NCBI GenBank assembly: GCA_041660025.1
Contig: JBAZXD010000001.1
Span: 236,162 to 300,161, forward strand
From: Minisyncoccota bacterium
GTDB taxonomy: Bacteria > Patescibacteriota > Minisyncoccia > Phycocordibacterales > Phycocordibacteraceae
DNA: 64,000 nucleotides
Reading direction: 5' to 3'
Part shown: positions 49,449 through 59,526 of the stretch, piece after piece
Numbering within the stretch: position 1 is the first letter of the stretch
Layout: the number at the start of each line of letters is the position of its first letter
The notes under the pieces: model-generated
The model's database searches: none
The model's input: only the letters and a program-made list of their open reading frames with translations
What the model was told of the DNA's origin: nothing
Position numbers and translations under genes: made by a program

Positions 49449-49921
49449 CGCCGCGCTTCTCGACAAGTTCCTTTGTCGCCGGCCTTATGCTCGGCATCCT
49501 GCTTACGGGCGCCTGGTTCCTCGGCGACGCCACGCGCCTTGTCTCCTTCGCCCCCGCTCCGCTCGCCGGGACGACCGATGAGCTCCCGCTACCTGAGAGC
49601 GGCGCGGTCTCGGTGGCCGACCAACCCTCCGGCGACGACGTCGTTGTCGAATCGGTCACGGTGCCGCCGCCGGGCGCCTGGGTTGCCGTGCGCGAGACGA
49701 ACGGGCGCGACTTGGGGAACGTGCTCGGAGCGGCGCGCGTAGCCGGTCCGCACACCTCCGTCGTCGTCCAGCTCCTGCGCGCGACCGAGCCGGGACGCTC
49801 CTATGCGGTCCAGTTGTATCGCGACGATAACGGAGGCGCTTTTGACCCTTCGCGGAACAGCGTGTATGTCGACTTCGACACCGGTGCGCGCGTCGTCGCG
49901 TACTTTACGACCATTCCCTAA
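49445..49921 (+). CDS. hypothetical membrane-anchored protein
   Basis: 158 aa; N-terminal TM. Confidence 0.45.
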   Translation: MTPRFSTSSFVAGLMLGILLTGAWFLGDATRLVSFAPAPLAGTTDELPLPESGAVSVADQPSGDDVVVESVTVPPPGAWVAVRETNGRDLGNVLGAARVAGPHTSVVVQLLRATEPGRSYAVQLYRDDNGGAFDPSRNSVYVDFDTGARVVAYFTTIP

Positions 49922-49922
49922 T

Positions 49923-50717
49923 ATGGCAGGTGCTTTTAAATCGAAAAGATACAGCACATTTGACCCGACATCGCCGGAGCCGTTTAAGGTGAGCCGTTCG
50001 AAGATAGATCTCTTCAGCGAATGTCAGCGCTGTTCGTATCTCGACCTCAGACTTGGCGTGAAGCGCCCAAGCATGCCCGCGTTTACGCTCAACAACGCGG
50101 TCGACGAGCTTCTCAAGCGCGAGTTCGATATTCATCGCGCCAAAGGGAGTAAGCATCCGCTCGTGGAAAAGTATGGTCTCGACGCCGTTCCGCTTGTCGA
50201 CGAGCGGATGGAGGAGTGGCGCGACGCGCTTCGTCGCGGCATCGCGTACCTGCACGAGCCGACAAATATACTGGTGCGCGGCGGTATTGATGATGTATGG
50301 GTGAATCCTGCGGGAGAACTCATCATTGTCGATTACAAGGCGACGAGCAAGAAGATAGGCCCGAGTACAGAAGATGATCTGTACGATTCGTATAAGCGGC
50401 AACTTGAGATTTACCAGTGGCTGTTCCGCAAGAACGGTTTCGCCGTCTCGCCGACGGTCTATTTCGTATACGTGAACGGGAAGTCGGACGCGGAAGCCTT
50501 TGACGGGAAATTGGAGTTCGATATCGAACTCATTCCATATACCGGAAGCGACACCTGGGTCGAACCGGCCGTGTATGACCTGAAGAAAATGCTTATGAGC
50601 GATGAGATTCCGCCTATCGGGAAGGCATTTGGCGGCGGCCCATGCGAATACTGCACGTATCGAGATAATGCCGGGAAGATACTTCGCGAATTGCATACCA
50701 AGAACAAGAAGAAATAA
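49923..50717 (+). CDS. PD-(D/E)xK nuclease, Cas4/RecB-like with 4-Cys cluster
   Basis: IIVDYKAT, QLEIYQW; Cys pairs CQRC (N-terminal) and CEYC (C-terminal). No adjacent CRISPR array. Confidence 0.6.
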   Translation: MAGAFKSKRYSTFDPTSPEPFKVSRSKIDLFSECQRCSYLDLRLGVKRPSMPAFTLNNAVDELLKREFDIHRAKGSKHPLVEKYGLDAVPLVDERMEEWRDALRRGIAYLHEPTNILVRGGIDDVWVNPAGELIIVDYKATSKKIGPSTEDDLYDSYKRQLEIYQWLFRKNGFAVSPTVYFVYVNGKSDAEAFDGKLEFDIELIPYTGSDTWVEPAVYDLKKMLMSDEIPPIGKAFGGGPCEYCTYRDNAGKILRELHTKNKKK

Positions 50718-50719
50718 CT

Positions 50720-50980
50720 ATGACCGAAAGTTCGTTCGCCAATCGTGTTCGAGACGCCGTGCGGCAGATTCCGAAAGGGGAGACGAAGAGTTATGGAGAA
50801 GTCGCGGCGGCTATCGGTTACCAGGGTGCCGCCCGCGCGGTCGGCACCGTGATGAAGAATAACTTCGACCCGACGGTGCCGTGCCACCGCGTCATCCGAG
50901 CCGACGGTACGCTCGGCGGCTACAATCGTGGCGGGGAACGCGAGAAGATGCGTTTGTTGGAGAAAGAAGGCGCATTATGA
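50720..50980 (+). CDS. ogt: methylated-DNA-protein-cysteine methyltransferase, C-terminal active domain only
   Basis: Active site PCHRV; 86 aa. Confidence 0.85.
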   Translation: MTESSFANRVRDAVRQIPKGETKSYGEVAAAIGYQGAARAVGTVMKNNFDPTVPCHRVIRADGTLGGYNRGGEREKMRLLEKEGAL

Positions 50981-51645
50981 ACGTCAAGATAGATCCGTCG
51001 TGGGCGAAGCATCTCGCGGGCGAGTTTGAGAAATCGTACTTTGCAGAGCTCACGGCGTTTGTGAAGCAAGAATACAAAGACGGCGTTGTGTATCCGGCGC
51101 CGAAGAACATTTTCCGCGCATTCGACCTGTGTCCGTTCGACAAAGTAAAAGTTGTTATCCTCGGACAGGACCCCTACCACGGCGAGAAGCAGGCGAACGG
51201 GCTCGCCTTCGCTGTTGATGAAGAAACAAGAGTTCCGCCGTCGCTTCAAAATATTTTTAAAGAGATACAGAGCGATTTCGGCAAGCCGCTCGTACATACT
51301 GACGGTGACCTTACTCGCTGGGCGAAGCAGGGCGTACTGCTCTTGAATGCGACGCTCACCGTTCGCGCCCACACGGCGGGTTCTCATCAGGAAAAGGGGT
51401 GGGAGCAATTTACTGATGCCGTTATTCACACGCTCTCGCAAGAGCGTGCGGGTTTAGTATTTATGCTCTGGGGCAACTATGCGAAGGCGAAGGGTGCGCA
51501 CATCGACCGCAGTAAACATTTGGTACTCGAAGCCCCGCACCCGTCGCCTTTCTCTGCCGCCTCCGGCTTCTTCGGCTGTAAGCACTTTAGCCGTGCGAAC
51601 GAATATCTTTCCGCGCACAACGAAACTCCGATAGATTGGCTTTAA
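50977..51645 (+). CDS. ung: uracil-DNA glycosylase family 1
   Basis: ILGQDPYH, GVLLLN motifs; start overlaps the ogt stop. Confidence 0.93.
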   Translation: MNVKIDPSWAKHLAGEFEKSYFAELTAFVKQEYKDGVVYPAPKNIFRAFDLCPFDKVKVVILGQDPYHGEKQANGLAFAVDEETRVPPSLQNIFKEIQSDFGKPLVHTDGDLTRWAKQGVLLLNATLTVRAHTAGSHQEKGWEQFTDAVIHTLSQERAGLVFMLWGNYAKAKGAHIDRSKHLVLEAPHPSPFSAASGFFGCKHFSRANEYLSAHNETPIDWL

Positions 51646-52017
51646 TTATTTCTGCCAATACGTCTTGAAGTTGATGATCTCGGAGACCAGCGTTTCGGCG
51701 GACTCTCCCTTGTAGCAGATGGCGCGGTCATCGACGTAGACAAAGGCGATCGGCTTACCAGGATTCTCACCCTCTTTGTGTGGCTGGCGATTTATATGAT
51801 CAACGGGGATGGAGAACCGTTCGCAATACATCTTGATAAACTCATCGCCGCGCGTTGAATGGATAAGTATCTCGCACCCTTTTTCTTTAAGAGTATGGAT
51901 CGCTTTGACGACTTCGGTGTTCGGCTCTTGCACGTCGTCTTTGGCGATGAATCCGTTGTAGGTGGCGAGAACGCCGTCGAAGTCAAAGGCGATAATGCGC
52001 GGATGCGGAGTGTTCAT
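51646..52017 (-). CDS. HAD-superfamily hydrolase (small phosphatase/nucleotidase-like)
   Basis: IIAFDFDGVL motif I; start at MNTPHP. Confidence 0.5.
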   Translation of the reverse strand: MNTPHPRIIAFDFDGVLATYNGFIAKDDVQEPNTEVVKAIHTLKEKGCEILIHSTRGDEFIKMYCERFSIPVDHINRQPHKEGENPGKPIAFVYVDDRAICYKGESAETLVSEIINFKTYWQK

Positions 52018-52030
52018 ATGATTCAAGATA

Positions 52031-53998
52031 TCACCAAATCTTCGCGCGCTCGGAGGGAGCGCGATAGAGCGCATCGCCCTTTTGTACGCCGAAGGCTTCG
52101 TAGAATTCAGGGAGGTTCGATGCCGGCCCGTTTATGCGGAACTGGCCGGGGGAGTGCGGGTCGGTGAGTACCTGGGTCTTCTCCGCCTCCGGGCGGCGCA
52201 GTTCGCGCTCGAAGAGTGCGAAACTGAGGAAGAACCGCTGTTCGGGAGTGAAGCCGCCGATATCCTTGCGTCCGGTCCTCGCGAGGCGGAGCCGGTATGC
52301 GTCAAAGGCGATGGAGATGCCGCCGAGGTCGGCGATATTCTCGCCGAGTGTCAATTGTCCGTTCACCGCGAGCCCGCCCGCGACTTTATAGGTATTAAAT
52401 TCTTTGACGAGTACCTTCGCCTTCTTGTCGAAGCGGGCGCGGTCAGTCTTTGTCCACCACGTTTTTCTGTTCCCTTTACCGTCGAACTTCGACCCCTGAT
52501 CGTCGAAGCTGTGTGTTATCTCGTGGCCGATGACCGCGCCGATACTGCCGTAATTGACCGCATCGTCCGCGTGTACCGAGAAGAACGGCGGCTGGAGAAT
52601 AGCGGCGGGGAAGACGATATCGTTGAGGCCGAAACTACAGTACGCATTCACCGTCTGTGGCGTCATAAACCACTCCTTGCGGTCGACGGGCTTCTTCAAG
52701 CGGCGGAGCACGCGCGCGTGCTCGAAGAGCGTCGCGCGGACTGCATTTCCGAAATAGTCATCGGGTCTAATTATGAGCGTACGATAGCTACGCCACTTGT
52801 CCGGATACCCGAGCTTACGGGTCACCTGATGGAGCTTCTGCACCGCCTTCTTCTTCGTCGCGACGCTCATCCAATCGAGGTTCTTGATGCGCGCTTCGTA
52901 TGCCTCGAAGAGGTCGGCGACGACTCCCACTATCCTCTTCTTCGCCTCGGGGCCGAAATATTCCTGCACATAGAGCTTGCCGAGGACCTCGCCGAGATTG
53001 CCGTTCACGGCGCGGAGCGCGCGCCGCCAGAGAGGCTTCATTACCTTCACGCCCGAGAGCACCGTACCGTAAAAGGCGAAATTCTGTTTCTCGAACTTGG
53101 CGGAGAGATAGCTCGCCGAGCCGCCGACCAAATGCCAAGTGAGATATGTTTTCCAATCCTCTATGGATTCTTTCGCGAGCATCTCGCTTATCGCTTTGAG
53201 GAATTTCGGTTGCATCACGATAACCTCGCGCGGCCTCCCGGCCCCGATGATTTTGAAATACGAATGCCAATCGATACCGCGTGTGAGGCGAGAGAGCGCA
53301 GGGAGATTCATCTTGTGATACGTCTTATCCACGTCGCGCAGGTCCTCTTTCGTCATCGAGACCTTCGCGATAGCAGTCTCGATGCACATAATCGTCTCGC
53401 GATTGCGTTTCGCTTCGGCTGTATCCGCACCCATAAGTGCGAACATCGCTTCGAGATGCTTCTGGTAGGCGGCGCGCACCCGCATCGACTCGGCGTCGCT
53501 CTTCAGATAGTAGTCGCGGTCGGGCATTCCGAGGCCGCTCTGGTGGATATAAATGAGGTACTTTTCGCTATCCTGCATATCCTGGTCAACCATAAGTCCC
53601 CAGGGGCCGCCACCGCCGATCTTCTCGAGGTGAGCGAAGGTTGATACGAGCGACGGGACATCTCGTATCTTCTCTATGCGCCCAAGCCACGGCCGAAGCG
53701 GAGAGAGACCGAGCGCATTGCGCTTCTGCATATCCAAACCGGAGCGATAAAGATCGCGCACCATCTGTTCGGGACTGCCGGCCGCAAGGTGCTTCATATT
53801 CCGTACCTTGGTGACAAGAGCACGGAGCTTCTTCTCGGTGTCATAGCGGAGCATCAGGAAGGAGCCCCAGCTCGCCTCGTGGGGCGGGATTTTATTCCTC
53901 TTTAGCCACCCGCCGTTCGCGTAGCGGTAGAAATCGTCCTGCGGCCGCACCTTCGTATCGATGTCCCGCGTATCGAATCCCCAGCCTCGTTTCTGCAT
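52031..53998 (-). CDS. pepO: M13-family zinc metallopeptidase (PepO/neprilysin-like)
   Basis: HEITHSFD zinc motif; full-length M13 homology. Confidence 0.93.
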   Translation of the reverse strand: MQKRGWGFDTRDIDTKVRPQDDFYRYANGGWLKRNKIPPHEASWGSFLMLRYDTEKKLRALVTKVRNMKHLAAGSPEQMVRDLYRSGLDMQKRNALGLSPLRPWLGRIEKIRDVPSLVSTFAHLEKIGGGGPWGLMVDQDMQDSEKYLIYIHQSGLGMPDRDYYLKSDAESMRVRAAYQKHLEAMFALMGADTAEAKRNRETIMCIETAIAKVSMTKEDLRDVDKTYHKMNLPALSRLTRGIDWHSYFKIIGAGRPREVIVMQPKFLKAISEMLAKESIEDWKTYLTWHLVGGSASYLSAKFEKQNFAFYGTVLSGVKVMKPLWRRALRAVNGNLGEVLGKLYVQEYFGPEAKKRIVGVVADLFEAYEARIKNLDWMSVATKKKAVQKLHQVTRKLGYPDKWRSYRTLIIRPDDYFGNAVRATLFEHARVLRRLKKPVDRKEWFMTPQTVNAYCSFGLNDIVFPAAILQPPFFSVHADDAVNYGSIGAVIGHEITHSFDDQGSKFDGKGNRKTWWTKTDRARFDKKAKVLVKEFNTYKVAGGLAVNGQLTLGENIADLGGISIAFDAYRLRLARTGRKDIGGFTPEQRFFLSFALFERELRRPEAEKTQVLTDPHSPGQFRINGPASNLPEFYEAFGVQKGDALYRAPSERAKIW

Positions 53999-54045
53999 AG
54001 CCGCATAGTATATGAATCCTCCGTCTCGTGCTATCTTTTTCCAGT

Positions 54046-55914
54046 ATGACGGTCAATGAAGTACGTAGTCGCTATTTAGCTTTCTTCAAGGCGCGCGGGC
54101 ACGCGATAATTCCCTCGGCGCCGATTGTGCCCGAGAATGACCCAACCACGCTTTTCACCAGTAGCGGGATGCAGCCCCTGGTCCCGTACCTGCTGGGTGA
54201 GCCTCACCCGGAGGGCACGCGCCTCGCCGACTCCCAATTATCGTTTCGTGCGGGAGATATCGAGGAGGTGGGCGATAATCGCCACACGACCTTCTTCGAG
54301 ATGCTCGGCAACTGGTCTCTGGGCGATTACTTCAAGAAAGAACAGCTCCCGTGGATATTTGAATTTCTTACGAACAAAGAAGAAGGTCTTGGTTTTGATC
54401 CGCAAAAATTCTATGTAACCGTCTTCGACGGAGACGCCGATGTGGGCGTGGATCTCGATACAGAATCCGTCGAAATCTGGAAAACGATCTTTGCGGAGAA
54501 GGGAATCACTGACGAACTGGTGCGCGTAGGTACCGAGGAAGCCGGTTATGAGAGAGGTATGCAGGGCGGACGCATCTTCTCGTATGGCGACAAGAATTGG
54601 TGGAGTCGTGCCGGCGCACCTTCGAAAATGCCGACGGGAGAGATAGGAGGACCGGACTCCGAGATCTTCTACGACTTCGGCACTCCGCACGACCCGAAAT
54701 GGGGCAAGGAATGTCATCCGAACTGCGACTGCGGTCGCTTCGTCGAGATATGCAATTCAGTCTTTATGCAGTTTATGAAGAATGCCGACGGGAGCTTCTC
54801 TGAATTGCCGAAACGAAATGTCGATTTCGGCGGAGGACTCGAACGCTTCGCCGCGACGACGCTCCCGAGCGCGGATGTCTTTGATATAGACGTGTTCAAA
54901 GCGCCGCGACAGGCGCTTGAAAGGAATTCCGGAAAGAAATACGGGGACGGAGGCGCAACGCGCTCGTTCCGGATCATTCTCGACCACGTTCGCGCCGCCA
55001 TATTCATCCTTGCTTCCGGCATCCGACCGTCGAACACAGAGCAAGGGTATGTGCTCCGTCGCCTTATCCGCCGCGCGATTCGAGAAGTCGACAATCTAGG
55101 CATCAAGGAAGCCATCTTACCGGAAGTGGCAAGCAGTTTCGCGGACGCGTACGCGGATCACTATCCGTTCGTGAAAGAAGCTGCGACAAAGATCCGCGAA
55201 GAACTCGAGAAAGAGGAAACGCAATTCAGGAAAACGCTCACGCACGGCATGCGCGAGCTTGAAAAGATGGGAAGCGGCATTGATGCCTTTATGCTTTTTA
55301 CGACTTACGGATTCCCGGTGGAACTCACCGAAGAAATTGCGAAAGAGCGCGGCATCGCGCTCGATATGGACGCAGTAAAGGCGAAAATGGGGGAGCATCA
55401 GGCGCTCTCGCGTGCGGGCGCGGCGCAGAAGTTCGCGGGCGGGCTCGCCGACCACGCGGAGCAGACGGTCCGCTACCACACCGCGCACCACCTCCTTCTC
55501 AAGGCGCTCCAGATGGTGCTCGGCCCCGATGTCCACCAGCGCGGGAGCAACATTACGAGCGAACGCTTGCGCATCGACTTCAGCTACGGACAGAAAATGA
55601 CGCCTGAGCAGAAAGCGGAAGTGGAGAAAATCGTAAACGAGAAAATCGCGGAAGCCATTCCGGTTATCCGCACCGATATGAAGAAAGGAGAAGCAGAAAA
55701 GCTCGGTGCGGAACACGAGTTCGGTGCGACGTACCCGGATATGGTCTCGGTCTATTCGGTGGGCCCCTTAGGTGGCGCGTTTTCCATAGAATTCTGCGGC
55801 GGACCGCACGTGAGCAATACGAGCGAGCTTGGAGCGGGTGGTAAGCATTTCAAGATACAAAAAGAAGAGGCGTCATCCGCGGGCATTCGCCGCATCAAGG
55901 CGGTGTTAGAATAG
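54046..55914 (+). CDS. alaS: alanyl-tRNA synthetase, short form lacking C-Ala domain
   Basis: RHTTFFEMLGNWSLGDYFK class II signature; editing motif HTAHHLL; 622 aa. Confidence 0.9.
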   Translation: MTVNEVRSRYLAFFKARGHAIIPSAPIVPENDPTTLFTSSGMQPLVPYLLGEPHPEGTRLADSQLSFRAGDIEEVGDNRHTTFFEMLGNWSLGDYFKKEQLPWIFEFLTNKEEGLGFDPQKFYVTVFDGDADVGVDLDTESVEIWKTIFAEKGITDELVRVGTEEAGYERGMQGGRIFSYGDKNWWSRAGAPSKMPTGEIGGPDSEIFYDFGTPHDPKWGKECHPNCDCGRFVEICNSVFMQFMKNADGSFSELPKRNVDFGGGLERFAATTLPSADVFDIDVFKAPRQALERNSGKKYGDGGATRSFRIILDHVRAAIFILASGIRPSNTEQGYVLRRLIRRAIREVDNLGIKEAILPEVASSFADAYADHYPFVKEAATKIREELEKEETQFRKTLTHGMRELEKMGSGIDAFMLFTTYGFPVELTEEIAKERGIALDMDAVKAKMGEHQALSRAGAAQKFAGGLADHAEQTVRYHTAHHLLLKALQMVLGPDVHQRGSNITSERLRIDFSYGQKMTPEQKAEVEKIVNEKIAEAIPVIRTDMKKGEAEKLGAEHEFGATYPDMVSVYSVGPLGGAFSIEFCGGPHVSNTSELGAGGKHFKIQKEEASSAGIRRIKAVLE

Positions 55915-55918
55915 GCGG

Positions 55919-56959
55919 ATGAGTTTCTTCGGGGATTTTTTTCGTACACAACGGACAGAATCGGTCGCGCTGATCGATATCGGCGCCGCTTCGGTCGCGG
56001 GCGCCTATGTGCAGTACGCTCCCGATACGCAGCCCGTCCTGCTCTACACGCGCCGCTTGCCGATCGAGCGACGAGACCGAGAGACGCACGAGCGCGCTAT
56101 GTTCCGCGCGCTCGAGGTGCTCGGTGCCGCTCTTATCCGCGAGGGAGCGCCGGCGCTCCTGCGCGCCACCGGCAGCGGAAGTATCAATGCCGTGCTCGTA
56201 TCGGTGGACGCGCCGTGGCAAAAGACGTCGATACGGACGGAATATTTCGAACGGAAAACGCCGTTCACCTTCAGTAAGAAACTGGTCTCTGCGGCGCTTG
56301 AGAAGACGAGTGCGGCGGCGCCCGGGGAGCTCCTCGTCGATGAGAGCATCATCGGCACTATCCTCAATGGCTACGAGACCCGCGACCCGTACGGGAAGGA
56401 GGTGCATCGCGCCTCCGTCGTCATCCTGACATCGCGGATTGACGAGCATGTTGCGGGCGGCATCACCTCGCTTATGCGAAGCCTGTATCACACCAAGCAT
56501 ATCCTCTCTATTGCCGGCAGCTCACTACGCTATCAGGCAATGCGTATTGCATTCCCGCACGAGCGCGAGGCGCTCATTCTCGACGCGACCGGACCGCTCA
56601 CCTCTCTCGCGCTCGTGCGCAGAGACCTCCTTGTCGATGTGGTCAATGTCAGGAGTCATACGAACGGCACCCATGCGTGGCTGAAGGAGGTCTTGGACGA
56701 GCTGGCGGAGCTGGCGGAGAAGTTCCCGCTCCCGCGCACCATATTCCTTCTCGCGCCCGCATCAGAGATCGAATCTCTGCGGAAGATGCTCGACACGACG
56801 GATCTGGGGAAGCTCTGGCTTTCGGACAACCCCCCGAAGATAGTCTCTGTTATGGGGAGCCACCTCAGCGGCCTGGTGCGGCAGGCGACTACCGCCTCTC
56901 CCGACCTCTCACTCCTCCTTATGGCGCTGTACTTCCGGCACCGTAATCCCGAAGGGTAG
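55919..56959 (+). CDS. actin-like ATPase (FtsA/PilM family?)
   Basis: VALIDIGAASVAGAYV and LILDATGPLTSLALV resemble ASKHA phosphate motifs; weak. Confidence 0.35.
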   Translation: MSFFGDFFRTQRTESVALIDIGAASVAGAYVQYAPDTQPVLLYTRRLPIERRDRETHERAMFRALEVLGAALIREGAPALLRATGSGSINAVLVSVDAPWQKTSIRTEYFERKTPFTFSKKLVSAALEKTSAAAPGELLVDESIIGTILNGYETRDPYGKEVHRASVVILTSRIDEHVAGGITSLMRSLYHTKHILSIAGSSLRYQAMRIAFPHEREALILDATGPLTSLALVRRDLLVDVVNVRSHTNGTHAWLKEVLDELAELAEKFPLPRTIFLLAPASEIESLRKMLDTTDLGKLWLSDNPPKIVSVMGSHLSGLVRQATTASPDLSLLLMALYFRHRNPEG

Positions 56960-57016
56960 CCCCGGAGGGGACAACTATTTCCAAACTTGCAATACGAGGT
57001 GCTATACTCTCCGCAT

Positions 57017-58231
57017 ATGCGCACACTTGATGACATCATTCCGCCGTCCCGCCGTAAAGAAACAGAGTCTCTGAGCCGTCCCGCCGGCCGCGGGCCGCTC
57101 CATTCTCCCGATCGCCCGTCGAAGTTCCCCTACGCGACGCTCGGCGCCATCGTGCTCGTCATCGCGGTCTCGGTCGGCGCGCTCTTCTACTTCTCGACGG
57201 CCTCGGTCGAAGTAACACCGAACACGGTTTCCGCCGCAGTGCAGAGTTCCTTCACCGCGAACCAGAGTACGGGTGCGTTGCCGTATGAGATAGTCGTTTC
57301 GGAGAAGATTGCGTCCCAGAGCGTGAAGAGCAGCGGCACGAAGACCGTGAATTCTTCCGCCTCGGGGACGCTTACCATCTACAACACCCAATCGAAGTCG
57401 CAGACGCTTATCGCGAACACTCGTTTCGCGACCACCGCCGGGCTCATCTTCCGCATCCGCACCGCGGTGACCGTCCCTTCCGGCAGTACCGCGAAGCCCG
57501 GCAGTCTGACCGTGAAGGTCTACGCCGACAAGGCGGGTGAGGCGTACAACGTCGGCCCGACCTCCTTTACCATCCCGGGATTCGCGGGGACGCCGCAGGC
57601 CAGCCAGGTATACGCGCGCTCGACGAGCGCGATGACCGGCGGCGCCTCGGGCAGTGTGCCGATCGTAGACGCCGCGGTCGAGACCGCGGCCCGTACCGCC
57701 CTGAAAAAGGCTCTCGCCCCCGACCTCGCGACCAGCCTTGAGGCGCAGGTCCCTGCCGGATACATCCTCTTGCCGGGCGCCGCGGTAACAACGTTCCAGG
57801 AACTCACCTCCGCTCCGTCTTCGACGACCGGACAGGTCGAGGTGAAGGAACAGGGGACTATCACGGCTGTCGTCTTCCCGAACGCGGCGCTCGCCAAGGC
57901 GATCGCGACCTCGGTCGGCGGACTCGGATACCAGGGCGAGCCGCTTACCCTCGCCTCCGCCGCCGAATTGAAGCTCTCGGCGACGAGCGGCCTGCCCGAG
58001 CCGGACGCGGCATCATTCTCCTTTACGCTCAGCGGCACTGCGCCGCTTATCTACACCGTCGATCCGACCCGCATTGCCGCGGCGGTGAGCGGGAAAACGC
58101 GTTCGGCGGCTGAAGTCGCCCTCACGAATTACCCGGAGGTCAAGCGCGCCGTCATCATCCTGCGGCCGTTCTGGCGACAAATGTTCCCCCAGGACCCAGC
58201 TTCTATCGACGTCATCGTGGCGAATCAATAG
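57017..58231 (+). CDS. hypothetical signal-anchored Ser/Thr/Ala-rich protein
   Basis: TM at ~aa 40-60, then low-complexity extracellular region. Confidence 0.45.
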   Translation: MRTLDDIIPPSRRKETESLSRPAGRGPLHSPDRPSKFPYATLGAIVLVIAVSVGALFYFSTASVEVTPNTVSAAVQSSFTANQSTGALPYEIVVSEKIASQSVKSSGTKTVNSSASGTLTIYNTQSKSQTLIANTRFATTAGLIFRIRTAVTVPSGSTAKPGSLTVKVYADKAGEAYNVGPTSFTIPGFAGTPQASQVYARSTSAMTGGASGSVPIVDAAVETAARTALKKALAPDLATSLEAQVPAGYILLPGAAVTTFQELTSAPSSTTGQVEVKEQGTITAVVFPNAALAKAIATSVGGLGYQGEPLTLASAAELKLSATSGLPEPDAASFSFTLSGTAPLIYTVDPTRIAAAVSGKTRSAAEVALTNYPEVKRAVIILRPFWRQMFPQDPASIDVIVANQ

Positions 58232-58296
58232 TACGGTTGACGGCTTTCGGTATACCTGCTACATTTACCAAGTACTGCATGGGTAACGCACGATAA

Positions 58297-58536
58297 ATGA
58301 GCGAAGGCGAAGAGATAAAATCGACGGTGACAGGAACCGTTGAAGAAGTATTGCCTAACTCGCTTTTCCGCGTTCGCCTCCCGGCCGCCCCGGAAGGAGG
58401 GGAGGGGGAGCTGAAGCTTGCCTACCTTGCAGGGAAAATGCGTTTGCATCGTATCCGCGTCCTGATGGGCGACCAGGTGGAGATGGTGCTCGACCCCTAC
58501 GGGGGCCGCGCGAGGATTGTGCGCCGATTAACCTAA
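58297..58536 (+). CDS. infA: translation initiation factor IF-1 (9-aa insertion)
   Basis: S1-like fold; GKMR...IR.L.GD.V....PY. Confidence 0.9.
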   Translation: MSEGEEIKSTVTGTVEEVLPNSLFRVRLPAAPEGGEGELKLAYLAGKMRLHRIRVLMGDQVEMVLDPYGGRARIVRRLT

Positions 58537-58555
58537 CCTTAAAGAGATTTTCAAA

Positions 58556-58672
58556 ATGAAAGTTCGTGCGTCTATCAAAGTCCAGCAGCCAGGTGATCAG
58601 CTCGTCCGTCGCGGCGGGCGCCTGTACCGTATCAATAAGAAGAATCCGCGCCGCAAGGCTCGCCAGGGTTAA
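58556..58672 (+). CDS. rpmJ: 50S ribosomal protein L36, zinc-independent (C-) type
   Basis: [38 protein letters not shown]; 38 aa, no Cys/His; resembles the E. coli YkgO-type paralogue; absent from the ORF track (<60 aa). Confidence 0.8.
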   Translation: MKVRASIKVQQPGDQLVRRGGRLYRINKKNPRRKARQG

Positions 58673-58692
58673 TTAATTTTTAAGTACTTACT

Positions 58693-59073
58693 ATGCGTAT
58701 CGCCGGCGTTACCATTCCCGATAACAAGCAGCTCGCGTATTCACTGCCGCTCATTTTCGGCATCGGACCGACGCGTGCGCGCGATATCCTGAAGCAGGTC
58801 GGCATCAGTGCGACGAAGAAAGGGAGCGAGCTCTCCAACGACGAGGAACAGAAGATCCGCGTCCTCGCCGAAGGCTTCACGATCGAAGGCGAGCTGCGCC
58901 GCGAGATAGGGCAGAACATCAAGCGACTGAAGGACATCAAGTCGGCGCGCGGCGATCGGCATTCCCGCGGTCTGCCGGTGCGCAATCAGCGCACGAAGAC
59001 GAATTCTCGGACGCGGCGCGGCAACGTCCGTAAGACGATGACCTCCGGTCGCCGGACGCTCGAAAAGACATAA
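58693..59073 (+). CDS. rpsM: 30S ribosomal protein S13
   Basis: MRIAGVTIP...IFGIG. Confidence 0.95.
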   Translation: MRIAGVTIPDNKQLAYSLPLIFGIGPTRARDILKQVGISATKKGSELSNDEEQKIRVLAEGFTIEGELRREIGQNIKRLKDIKSARGDRHSRGLPVRNQRTKTNSRTRRGNVRKTMTSGRRTLEKT

Positions 59074-59076
59074 TTT

Positions 59077-59511
59077 ATGGGAAAGAAACGCATCATCAAG
59101 AAGAGCGGGCGAGGCATGGACGCCGGGCGCAAGGAGCGCGCGATGTCGAAGGTTACCAAGCGCCATCTCGAGAAGGGCATCCTGCACATCGACGCGACCT
59201 TCAACAACACGAAGGCTATCCTCACCGACGAGAAGGGGAATGCTGTTATCTCTTCGAGCGCGGGCGCGCTCGGCTTCTCCGGTGCACGCAAGTCGACGCC
59301 GTATGCGGCGGCGAAGGTCGGCGAATTCCTTGGCGAGAAGGGAATGATGATTGGCCTCAAGGAGGCGACGGTCATCATCCGCGGCGTCGGCGCCGGCCGC
59401 GAGTCGGTCCTGCGCGCGTTCTCGGGCAAGGGCGTCCAGATCAAGTCCATCAAGGACGTGACACCGGTGCCGCACAACGGTCCGCGCCCGCCAAAGCCGC
59501 GTCGCGTCTAA
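59077..59511 (+). CDS. rpsK: 30S ribosomal protein S11
   Basis: GILHIDATFNNT..TDEKGNA. Confidence 0.95.
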   Translation: MGKKRIIKKSGRGMDAGRKERAMSKVTKRHLEKGILHIDATFNNTKAILTDEKGNAVISSSAGALGFSGARKSTPYAAAKVGEFLGEKGMMIGLKEATVIIRGVGAGRESVLRAFSGKGVQIKSIKDVTPVPHNGPRPPKPRRV

Positions 59512-59526
59512 TCTTTTACTGCCAGT

